A stretch of 64,000 nucleotides of DNA, taken from contig DASRHT010000056.1 in assembly GCA_035650355.1 (NCBI GenBank), forward strand, positions 23,624-87,623, written 5' to 3'. The notes under the pieces were generated by a model, which did no database searches, was not told the origin of the DNA, and saw only the letters and a list, made by a program, of their open reading frames with translations. This DNA is from Ktedonobacteraceae bacterium (GTDB lineage Bacteria > Chloroflexota > Ktedonobacteria > Ktedonobacterales > Ktedonobacteraceae). Shown here one piece after another: positions 38,701-46,141 of the stretch. A program made the position numbers and the translations under genes. Positions within the stretch are counted from its first letter, which is position 1. Every line of letters starts with the position of its first letter.

Positions 38701-39003
38701 AGCGGCTTCTTATCCGGCCCTCTCGCCATCGTGGTGATCGGCGGGTTAACGTCATCGACCTTCCTGACGTTGCTCATCGTGCCCACGCTTTACGTCATCG
38801 TAGAAGATATCCGCGAGCGTTCGCGCCGCAAGCAGCCGGCAGTCGTCGGCCAGAACGGAGCGGTTGTGGTTGAAAGCGATCTGCAAAGGGCGCTCATGCT
38901 GGAGGAGGAATACCGCCAGCTCAAGCAGGAAGTCGAATCCCTGCGTCAAGAGCGCGACGTTCTCAAAAAGGCCATCGCCATCTTCTCGCGCGGCAATATG
39001 TGA
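35707..39003 (+). CDS. RND-superfamily efflux permease (AcrB/HAE-type) with C-terminal coiled-coil extension
   Basis: 1098 aa, 12 TM segments and two large loops. RLELLPSIAFPAVSVVSVYPGASP and GLTIAIGRVVDDSIVVLENI are typical. The last ~45 aa resemble the IS3 OrfA leucine zipper. Confidence 0.9.
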   Translation: MSFLSRLSLANKSIVALATIAILLFGAVVIPSLKRELLPSIAFPAVSVVSVYPGASPASVEQDVTNPLEKNFQGIAGLQQLTSFSNEGVSIIIAEYDFNTDLDKASQNLTQLISKTQSSLPANVTPQVQTFNISDQPIIRLAVTSSANQQDLATQLNQNVVPVLQGIDGVANVTLTGVRNQIVTVALDLKKLQDNGLSVTQVQGALQANNLTLPAGEVNNNDQTVAIRVGNTLNSLDDLKNLVVGLHTSIPAGVGGGTTIPGIPGRTGQGAFNVAPSAPPTPVRLKDVATVTQDLAPSTTLTRTNGKPSLGLLITKTSSGNTVTISQAINDKLPDLEKQLGSDAKITVISDQAPTIQSSINDLVREGLVGAGFAILVILLFLLSIRSTLVTAISIPLSVVIALIGLWVGNYSLNVLTLGGLTIAIGRVVDDSIVVLENIYRHMHLGEDKLTAVLQGVREVAGAITASTITTVAVFLPIAFTTGIVGEFFQPFSIAVTVALLASLFVALTIIPVLAYWFMKPPKRRQEQNGHERLTILERAYIPLVRTVTRFRVLTLLVALLLLVGTFSLYPFLETNLFGNATQNTFSINLQLPASSSLERTDAAAQKVENVLAGIQGIQTYQVTVGSNGSVLSLSSSGSNSASFAVTTDPNADQNAIQQKVRDQLKNLTDIGTFTLSSQGGGGNNSAIAVNVQANDDQTLRQATQQVFNAVSQAPDLTDVTSSLTDAAPLIDVRVDAQKAASHGMTAAQVGQTLRDIYTGTTVTHVTLNGTLQDVDLKLGTPANTVQGIQDMLIPTTTGNVRLGDLADVTQTTGPTQITHIATNRTATINATVTSQNVGAVSIDVQNRVNKLSLPSGATVSLGGVTTQQQQAFQSLGLALLAAIVLVYVVMVATFRSLLQPLILMIAIPFAATGSILLLLATHTALGLPSLIGVLMLVGIVVTNAIVLLDLVNQYRNRGLDARAAVVEGGRRRVRPILMTAIATILALIPMALNLGGSSGFLSGPLAIVVIGGLTSSTFLTLLIVPTLYVIVEDIRERSRRKQPAVVGQNGAVVVESDLQRALMLEEEYRQLKQEVESLRQERDVLKKAIAIFSRGNM

Positions 39004-39012
39004 TAGGAACAA

Positions 39013-39468
39013 GTGACTCATGTGAGGTTAAAAAGCTCTCTCATGAGACCATTAAGGAATGCCCACAAGTCCCGCCAGGATTTGTGGGCATATTTGGCGA
39101 GGCGCTACCACAACCTATTGTTGCTTTCGTGGATGTGTGTTATTATGCTCCTGCTACTGCTGTGGATCGCGCTTGCTTTTGTGAGGATCAGGTTAATGAG
39201 TCCAATGATCATAACGTATATCGGATTTGTTGTCGCTATTTTGATTTTGCTCTGGGGTGTGCTCGTAGTGAGCCGGAGATATTTATGGCGCGGAAACTCT
39301 CGTCCTGAGGCTGCGGATGTGTGGATTCCCTTGAAACCCAATGAGCTTCATCCTTTGAACGAACCTGTGTCGGATGAGGATGAACCTGATAAAGAAGCTC
39401 TCAAAATAGACTTGCATACACGGGCGCAACAAAACGGCCACTATTCTGAAAGCAAAAAGAGTTTGTAA
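39013..39468 (+). CDS. membrane protein (hypothetical)
   Basis: 151-aa ORF with two TM segments and an acidic C-terminus. No motif recognized. Confidence 0.4.
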   Translation: MTHVRLKSSLMRPLRNAHKSRQDLWAYLARRYHNLLLLSWMCVIMLLLLLWIALAFVRIRLMSPMIITYIGFVVAILILLWGVLVVSRRYLWRGNSRPEAADVWIPLKPNELHPLNEPVSDEDEPDKEALKIDLHTRAQQNGHYSESKKSL

Positions 39469-39550
39469 AGATCGTCGTTCGTCATGCGGAAAAACTGGCG
39501 TTGATGTATGCGCTCTGGGTGAAAGCAGCATACATCATTCTTCTCTATAC

Positions 39551-40171
39551 TCACTCTCTGGGTTCTTCAAACAGGCGCGTCACTTCCGCCAGTACGTCGT
39601 CTACGTTGAGTTCGGCCTGATGCGCGCTCTCATCCCGCCTGATGGCCGTCAATGGTTCGGTCGAGGCCATCGGATCGTCGTCTAGCGGCATATGCTGAAA
39701 ATATTCCCATTCGCAGGCTTGCAGAGCCTCTTCTACAGAACTATTACTGTAGAGAATGCGCGACAGTAAGGTATGATACATCCCCACCGTTTGCATCATG
39801 GCACTACAGGCCAGGCGGAATTGCTCAAAACTAATCCGGCCAGCAGCCAGAGGAATAGCCTCTTCCAGCCGCACTTCCCCATCGTTCAGATCAAGCCCGA
39901 ACTTGCCCATAGCGATGCGATAGTTCACCGCCATCAACGCTTCGAGGCATTGCAGCCGTTTCTTTGTCGTCACCACGTCAATATGTGGCACAATCAGCAC
40001 CAGTTTCCGTAGCTCTCCTCGCTGTTGAAAACATACGACCATCTGCCACTGCTCCAGGTTATTATGAAAGATCAGTTTGACGGTTTCTTGCTTATGATCG
40101 ATATGCACAACTTTTAAGTTCATCTGAAGCAGGTATTCTCCAATGTGCGATATGCCAAACTTATCAGTCAT
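39551..40171 (-). CDS. hypothetical protein (possibly YbjN / secretion-chaperone-like fold)
   Basis: ATG 40171 (MTDKFGISHIGEYL). Assignment rests on weak recollection of the pattern only. Confidence 0.4.
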   Translation of the reverse strand: MTDKFGISHIGEYLLQMNLKVVHIDHKQETVKLIFHNNLEQWQMVVCFQQRGELRKLVLIVPHIDVVTTKKRLQCLEALMAVNYRIAMGKFGLDLNDGEVRLEEAIPLAAGRISFEQFRLACSAMMQTVGMYHTLLSRILYSNSSVEEALQACEWEYFQHMPLDDDPMASTEPLTAIRRDESAHQAELNVDDVLAEVTRLFEEPRE

Positions 40172-40323
40172 GAAGGGTTCCTTCTCTGCATAAGCTATCG
40201 ATAGCATAGAAGACGAGAAAGCTGCTATGGTGATAACGCTTCCCTCTCCATCTATACTATACCATAAATGTTCTACCCATACTATTTATGAGGCCCACGG
40301 TCGCCTGGCTTTCCTGCATAAGC

Positions 40324-41418
40324 TCACAGGCGGATGCGCGCCATTGCTTGCTTGTATGCTTCGTGATCGAGCCGGAAGGCATCTGCGTTAGTGCCCCGTT
40401 CCCCAGCTAGAAAGTTCGCCAGTAATTGTGCTGGTACAACGGTGAGCAGCGGCGTAAGCTCTTCGGGAAAATCGGGTTCGATGGAGAGAGGGAAACTGCT
40501 CCAGCCTTCGCCCTTCAATAAAGCTGCTGTTGGCTCGTCGGGCGCGTCACCGATCAGCCAGACGCGTGAACCGATCTCATTGAGCGCCAGGAGCAGATCG
40601 GCCATGCGTGGCTGAGCCGGTCCTTTCACGTTGATCGGAATAAGCAGATCACTGGCTTCGAAGGCCACCAGTGGCCCGTGAATCGCCTGTTCTAGCTCAA
40701 AGCCTTCTGCGGTGACGTAGGCCGCTTCTTTGGCTTTAAGAGCGCCTTCCGGAGCCGTAATCGCGTTTGGTCCCGCTCCTATGAAATAGAGACGCCGTCG
40801 TTGCTGTACGGCCTCCTGTGCGATTGTTTGTACTTCCGCCTCGCGTGCCAGGCTACGCTCCATCAAGGACGGCATCAGGCTCAGCCCCTCTTCCAGCCGC
40901 CGGGCCTGTTGCTCATTTCCGGTGAGCTTTGCCAGTTGGATCGCGATCTGGGCCACGCGGGTCAACGTCGCGGTGTAGCTGATGGAGTGGGTCGAAGATA
41001 GCTCCTGCTCCACCGTCTCCAGCGTGATATCAGCTCCAGCCATTTTTGAGTTTTTCCCGGTAATCCCAATCACCGGAACCTTTTCCTCTTTGGCGCGCTG
41101 TAAGGCCAGGCCGCCCTGCTGCTTGTTGCCGCGATGGCTAATCACGATGACGACATCATTTTTATGAAGGGGGCGCGGATACTGTACCAGTTCAAAGGAG
41201 CGAACCGCCCAGGCTTCGGCTCCCGCAGCTCGCAGGATATATTCACCGACGGTTGCAGCGTGAAAGCTGGTGCCAATGCCTGCCAGCAGAACGCGGCCCG
41301 CCTGTGCTATCTGTTTTGCTGCCTGCTCTGCCCCGTCCCAATCTTGCAGCAGGCCCCGAATCGCCTCTGGCTGGGCATGAATGGATTGGTAAAGCCTGGT
41401 GGGTGTCTCAGCCGTCAT
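40324..41418 (-). CDS. SIS (sugar isomerase) two-domain protein, GlmS-C/FrlB-like
   Basis: 364 aa. LLAGIGTSFHAA and VIVISHRGN are SIS motifs. There is no glutaminase domain. Confidence 0.8.
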   Translation of the reverse strand: MTAETPTRLYQSIHAQPEAIRGLLQDWDGAEQAAKQIAQAGRVLLAGIGTSFHAATVGEYILRAAGAEAWAVRSFELVQYPRPLHKNDVVIVISHRGNKQQGGLALQRAKEEKVPVIGITGKNSKMAGADITLETVEQELSSTHSISYTATLTRVAQIAIQLAKLTGNEQQARRLEEGLSLMPSLMERSLAREAEVQTIAQEAVQQRRRLYFIGAGPNAITAPEGALKAKEAAYVTAEGFELEQAIHGPLVAFEASDLLIPINVKGPAQPRMADLLLALNEIGSRVWLIGDAPDEPTAALLKGEGWSSFPLSIEPDFPEELTPLLTVVPAQLLANFLAGERGTNADAFRLDHEAYKQAMARIRL

Positions 41419-41458
41419 ATATCATCCTTTTCTAGCTGATCCATAAGTTCATCTAAAG

Positions 41459-41484
41459 TATATTTTTAGCATGCTAAAAATATA
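41459..41484. promoter_or_regulatory. perfect 26-bp palindrome in divergent intergenic region
   Basis: TATATTTTTAGCATGCTAAAAATATA equals its own reverse complement. Confidence 0.5.
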
Positions 41485-41734
41485 ACATATCTATCACCTT
41501 TTGGCCACAGCCAAAAGGAGGGAAAAAAGGGAGAATAGCACAGCCAAAAGGGTTGTAGATACCGGGCGGCGTGACTATCTGCCTGTCTGGAGCGTATATT
41601 ACATATAATACACTCTTGCGCTACTACTTTTTTCCGGTAGTATTTGTGTCAGGTTGTGCGGGTTGCTTTGTTCTACGTCCAGAGATCATAAAAGGGGTCG
41701 TTGCCATATTTTTTAAGGGAGAAGGAGCATACTC

Positions 41735-42796
41735 ATGACGGGATTAGCGCATAATCAGGCTCCTGGTTATCAGGTTATGGATATGCAACAAATGACGTTT
41801 GAAGAGCGGGTCCAGCTTGGAGCTGAGAACGCTGTACGCTGTATGGGCGTCACCGAAAAGGACCGCGTTTTTATTTTAACCGACTACTATCGCGAAGGGA
41901 TTGCGCGGCGTGTTGCCGCGGCTGCCCTTGCGCGTCATGCCGCTGTGACGGTACGTTTTCTGGAGCACTATGGCTCTCGTCCCCTCACCGTTTTCAGCGA
42001 CGAGCTACGCAACGAACTGCTCCAGGCTCACCCTACCGTCACTTTTTATATCGCCACCGCTCAGCCGGGTGAGATCGCGTTTCGTATCCCCTTGCTGCCC
42101 TTCCTCGCAAAAGAGCTGAAGGTGCGTCATGGGCATATGATTGGTATTGACGAGAACTTAATGGCCGAGGGAATGTGCGCGGATTATGACGAAGTATTTA
42201 CCTTGACCAACCAGGTCTATGAGCTTGTGCGCCAGGCAAAGACCATTCATGTAACTTCGGCTAAAGGGAGCGACGTTACCGCCACCTTCCACGAGCACTG
42301 GCACTGGATACCCTGTCACGGACGCTATCACGAGCAGGGGAAATGGGGGAATCTGCCCGAAGGCGAGGTTTTTACAGCGCCTGCAACAGTTGACGGCGTG
42401 CTGGTCTGCGACGTGCTGGGCGATTATTTTTCTGAAAAGTATGGTGTGCTGACAACGCCCCTGGTGCTGAGAGTAAAGGATGGCTACGTTACCGAAGTCA
42501 CGAGCGAGAATAAGGCCCTGGCGCAGGAGGTACACGATTATCTCTTCTCGGTCCCTAATGGCAATCGCGCGGGCGAGTTCGCCATTGGAACGCTAACCAG
42601 CTTGAAACGGCTGGTCGGGAATTTGCTGCAAGATGAAAAGATGCCCGGCCTGCATGTTGCCTTTGGCAATCCTTATCCAGAATTTACTGGCGCTGATTGG
42701 AACGCCGCCATCCATGTGGATGTGATCCCGTACTGCTGCACCATCGAAATCGATGGTCGCGTCATTATGCGCGACGGAGAATTTCTGCTCGGATAG
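41735..42796 (+). CDS. M29-family aminopeptidase (AmpS/aminopeptidase T-like)
   Basis: 353 aa. NLPEGEVFTAP, GEFAIGT and LHVAFG motifs. Confidence 0.75.
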   Translation: MTGLAHNQAPGYQVMDMQQMTFEERVQLGAENAVRCMGVTEKDRVFILTDYYREGIARRVAAAALARHAAVTVRFLEHYGSRPLTVFSDELRNELLQAHPTVTFYIATAQPGEIAFRIPLLPFLAKELKVRHGHMIGIDENLMAEGMCADYDEVFTLTNQVYELVRQAKTIHVTSAKGSDVTATFHEHWHWIPCHGRYHEQGKWGNLPEGEVFTAPATVDGVLVCDVLGDYFSEKYGVLTTPLVLRVKDGYVTEVTSENKALAQEVHDYLFSVPNGNRAGEFAIGTLTSLKRLVGNLLQDEKMPGLHVAFGNPYPEFTGADWNAAIHVDVIPYCCTIEIDGRVIMRDGEFLLG

Positions 42797-42818
42797 ACGT
42801 TCATCTTTATAGAAAAGC

Positions 42819-42848
42819 GTAGGGGCAGCGCCTTGCGCCTGCCCTCTA
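42819..42848. repeat. REP family 1 copy
   Basis: GTAGGGGCAGCGCCTTGCGCCTGCCCTCTA. Confidence 0.85.
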
Positions 42849-42943
42849 AATTAGCGTTGTAGAGATTCTGTGCCGATTATATAATCAGGATCTCCAGAGG
42901 CTGCGCTTGTCTCTAGTAGGGGGAGCAAGAGAGGAGCTGAGGC

Positions 42944-44665
42944 GTGACTATATCCAGGGGACAACATCTCATTGGCAAGGTCTTGGGCTCATGCGTCTTA
43001 GAAAAACTGCTGGGTTATGGCGGCTCCAGCGCCGTGTTTCTTGCCCAGCAACGGCAGCCGGAACGGAAAGTGGCGGTCAAGGTCTTTCTTCCTCGTGCGG
43101 CTATGGATGCGCGTATGCAGCGCGAGTTTTACCGCCGTTTCCTGCGCGAGGCCGATGCCGCCAGCAAGCTTGATCACCCCAGTATTTTGCCGATTTACTC
43201 CTATGGCGAACAGGACGGCCTGCCCTATATTGTCATGCCCTACATGCCCGGGGGAACGCTGGGGGAGTATATTGCTCAACGCGGCCCGCTTTCCTTAGAG
43301 GAGGTGCAATGGTATCTTGAGCAGGTGGCGGCTGCCCTGGATTATGCCCATGAACATGGGTGCGTCCACTGCGATGTGAAGCCTGCTAATATGCTGCTGG
43401 ACGATGAGGGGCATCTCATGCTCTCGGACTTTGGCATTGCCCGTGTGACACAAACGGGAGAAGATGGCAGACCAGCAGGCGTCAAAAGTTCCGAGGCGCT
43501 GGTCGGAACCCCTGACTATATCTCGCCTGAACAGGCGCTAGGGCGACCGCTTGATGGCCGCTCTGACGTGTATTCGCTGGGCATTACCCTCTTTTATTTG
43601 CTGGCGAAACAATTCCCGTTTAAAGCCGATTCAACGCTTGCCCTTGCTCTCTTACATGTGCATGAGCCTCCGCCGTCTCTGGCGTTGTTGCGGGCAGATG
43701 TGACGCCTGCCATTGACCGCGTCATCCACAAAGCTCTGGCGAAGGAGCCGGAGGGACGCTTTCAATCGGCAAGCGCCTTCATTAAGGCATTTGCCGAGGC
43801 CGTCGCCGCCGCGAGACAGGAAGCAAAAGCAACCAGCCATGATGGGCAGGCGAAAATAGTAGCAGGCTTGCCACGCGACACCTCTGAGGCTCAGCGCGTA
43901 TTTATGCCATTTAAGCCTGTGGTAAAAGTCAAGCCCGTTGCTACTTACAAAGCCAATCCTGCTCATATCATGCGCTTTGCGGGGATTGTGTTTTTGATCC
44001 TGCTGCTGATCGGCACTACCAGCTTCGCCGTGCGATCCATTATGACGCAGATCCTGGCTGGTCGAGCTGGCGCAACAGCCGGAGCGCAGACTTCGATTGT
44101 GACAGGCATCAATAATCCCGAGGTCGATCAACTGAGCAATCGTACGAACTGGCCGCTCAGCAGCACATTTTTCTATGATACTCCGCAGAACCATTATCAT
44201 ATTCTCAATAAATCGGAGAAAAATGTTGCGCTCGCATTCTACACCGATCATCAGTTTAGCAATTTTCGCCTCAACGTTACGATTCAGGAAGTCCGCAACG
44301 CGACCGATGGCGCAGGCTATTATGGCGTCGTCTTCCGCTCTGCCGCCGATCAAACCCACTATTACCTCTTTGAAGTCAGTAGAGAGATGGGGGGCCAGTA
44401 TGCCTTCTGGCTCTACGATGGACAGTGGAAGTCCATCGCTACCGGCCCCGCCCCTATGTTGCAGGCCGATCCTGGGAAAAGCAATATGCTCACCATAGAA
44501 GCGAATAAAAACACCTTTACCTTCCAGATCAATGGTCAGCCGGTGCATGCTCCCATCACCGATACCTCGAACGCCCCTCTGACAACGGGACAGATTGGCC
44601 TGTATGTTGAAGACAATGGCGCCGAGGTGGCATTCTGGCACCTCTTTATCGATCCCCTGTCTTGA
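42944..44665 (+). CDS. serine/threonine protein kinase with TM and extracytoplasmic lectin/DUF1080-like domain
   Basis: 573 aa. VAVKVF, HCDVKPANMLL, DFGIA and GTPDYISPE motifs. TM IMRFAGIVFLILLLIGTTSFAV. The C-terminal ~190 aa are beta-rich. Confidence 0.9.
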   Translation: MTISRGQHLIGKVLGSCVLEKLLGYGGSSAVFLAQQRQPERKVAVKVFLPRAAMDARMQREFYRRFLREADAASKLDHPSILPIYSYGEQDGLPYIVMPYMPGGTLGEYIAQRGPLSLEEVQWYLEQVAAALDYAHEHGCVHCDVKPANMLLDDEGHLMLSDFGIARVTQTGEDGRPAGVKSSEALVGTPDYISPEQALGRPLDGRSDVYSLGITLFYLLAKQFPFKADSTLALALLHVHEPPPSLALLRADVTPAIDRVIHKALAKEPEGRFQSASAFIKAFAEAVAAARQEAKATSHDGQAKIVAGLPRDTSEAQRVFMPFKPVVKVKPVATYKANPAHIMRFAGIVFLILLLIGTTSFAVRSIMTQILAGRAGATAGAQTSIVTGINNPEVDQLSNRTNWPLSSTFFYDTPQNHYHILNKSEKNVALAFYTDHQFSNFRLNVTIQEVRNATDGAGYYGVVFRSAADQTHYYLFEVSREMGGQYAFWLYDGQWKSIATGPAPMLQADPGKSNMLTIEANKNTFTFQINGQPVHAPITDTSNAPLTTGQIGLYVEDNGAEVAFWHLFIDPLS

Positions 44666-44930
44666 ATCTGATCCTCTCTTTCTCCATACAAAAGGGGAAA
44701 TCTCCTGTGTTGTTGCTCATCAGCGCCAATTGATTATTTTTCTTATTGCGAATTACTTGCAATTACGAAATTTAGATGGTATGCTTTTACTTGTCGCAGG
44801 ATGTGCTGATAGCACCGTGTAATAGCTTTTCAGCATGTTAATTGCAGATGAGTCCACAACTGAGGTGTTTTGTATACAGATAGAGTTTTGCTAGTCTTCA
44901 AGCGTATCGTTGCGCCTTGCAGGAGGGTTT

Positions 44931-46037
44931 ATGAGCAGTAACTTTGGTATTTCGGCAATCTCGCGTGTTTTTAGTGATAGCTCGAAAGATTTGCGTACCA
45001 AGATCATCGGGATATATATCCTCCTGATTGCCTTCAACATGCTTGCCTGGGCGCTTGCCATTGTTGGCTTTGCGACGCAATACCCTGCGCTGCTCGGCAC
45101 CGCGCTGCTGGCTTACACTTTTGGGCTGCGTCACTCTGTTGATGCAGACCATATTTCAGCGATTGACAATGTAACCCGTAAGTTGATGCAGGAGGAGAAG
45201 CGACCGGTTGCTGTGGGCTTTTTCTTCTCGCTAGGTCACTCCACCATTGTTGTGGCGTTGACTATTGCTATTGCGCTCGCAGCTACTTTTATCGAAGGGA
45301 GCATTCCTGCGCTTAAAAATGCCGGTGGCTTGATTGGTACATCGGTTTCGGCGCTCTTCCTCTTTTTGATCGCGATCATCAATATGCTGGTGCTCTGGGA
45401 AATCTTCGCGGCCTTTCAGAAAGTGAAGCGAGGAGAAGAGTATAACGATCAATCGCTGGATGAGTTTTTGAACCAGCGCGGGCTGATGGGGCGTTTCTTC
45501 CGTCCGTTACTCAGAATCGTCGATTCTAGCTGGAAAATGTACCTGGTGGGTTTGCTCTTTGGCCTGGGCTTTGATACCGCAACAGAAGTTGGCATTCTGA
45601 GCATTTCGGCGGCAGAAGCCAGCAAAGGCTTGCCCATTCTCTTTATCCTCATCTTCCCGGCATTATTCACGGCTGGCATGTGCTTGCTGGATACTACAGA
45701 CGGCATTTTAATGCTGGGTGCCTATGGCTGGGCGTTTGTTAAGCCGGTGCGCAAGCTCTATTATAACCTGAACATTACCCTGGTCTCCGTCCTGGTGGCT
45801 CTGGTAATTGGCGCTATTGAGGTGCTCAGTATTATCGCGATGGAGTTTAATCTGAGCGGTGGCATCTGGGGTAGGCTTGGCAATCTGGATTTTGGCATCC
45901 TCGGCGGCGTTATCATCGGACTATTCGTTGTAAGCTGGATAGTTTCGACCATCATCTACAAGGTGAAAAAATACGATGATATCGAGGTCAACGTCGCGCC
46001 TCAGCCTAAAGAACTGGTTAGCAGCGGTGGTCAGTAG
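44931..46037 (+). CDS. NiCoT (HoxN/HupN/NixA) family nickel/cobalt transporter
   Basis: RHSVDADHISAIDNVTR signature (HxxDADHI), LGFDTATEV, and 8 TM segments. AGGAGGG RBS before ATG 44931 (the ORF opens at 44910). Confidence 0.85.
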   Translation: MSSNFGISAISRVFSDSSKDLRTKIIGIYILLIAFNMLAWALAIVGFATQYPALLGTALLAYTFGLRHSVDADHISAIDNVTRKLMQEEKRPVAVGFFFSLGHSTIVVALTIAIALAATFIEGSIPALKNAGGLIGTSVSALFLFLIAIINMLVLWEIFAAFQKVKRGEEYNDQSLDEFLNQRGLMGRFFRPLLRIVDSSWKMYLVGLLFGLGFDTATEVGILSISAAEASKGLPILFILIFPALFTAGMCLLDTTDGILMLGAYGWAFVKPVRKLYYNLNITLVSVLVALVIGAIEVLSIIAMEFNLSGGIWGRLGNLDFGILGGVIIGLFVVSWIVSTIIYKVKKYDDIEVNVAPQPKELVSSGGQ

Positions 46038-46064
46038 GGGGCAGGCGCGAGGCACTGCCCCTAC
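46034..46064. repeat. REP family 1 copy containing the NiCoT stop codon
   Basis: GTAGGGGGCAGGCGCGAGGCACTGCCCCTAC. TAG at 46035-46037 is the stop codon. Confidence 0.9.
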
Positions 46065-46073
46065 AGAAGATTG

Positions 46074-46141
46074 GTAGGGGCAATCCCTCGCGGTTGCCCA
46101 GCCTCTACGCTACAATGGTCAATCTCTCACGGTTGCCCCTA
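46074..46141. repeat. REP family 1 pair containing the ABC-F stop codon
   Basis: GGTAGGGGCAATCCCTCGCGGTTGCCC ... CTCACGGTTGCCCCTA. The reverse complement of 46139-46141 is TAG. Confidence 0.85.

Noticed and set aside
43652-44641. 329-aa minus-strand ORF
   Set aside because: Antisense to the Ser/Thr kinase gene, which has clear kinase motifs. No motifs of its own.
44666-44930. Looked for a cobalamin, NiCo or NikR-type control element upstream of the NiCoT gene
   Set aside because: No B12 box (GCCACTG-like), no czcD-type NiCo motif and no GTATGA-N16-TCATAC-like operator were recognizable. Only short direct repeats (G.AATTAC) were seen.
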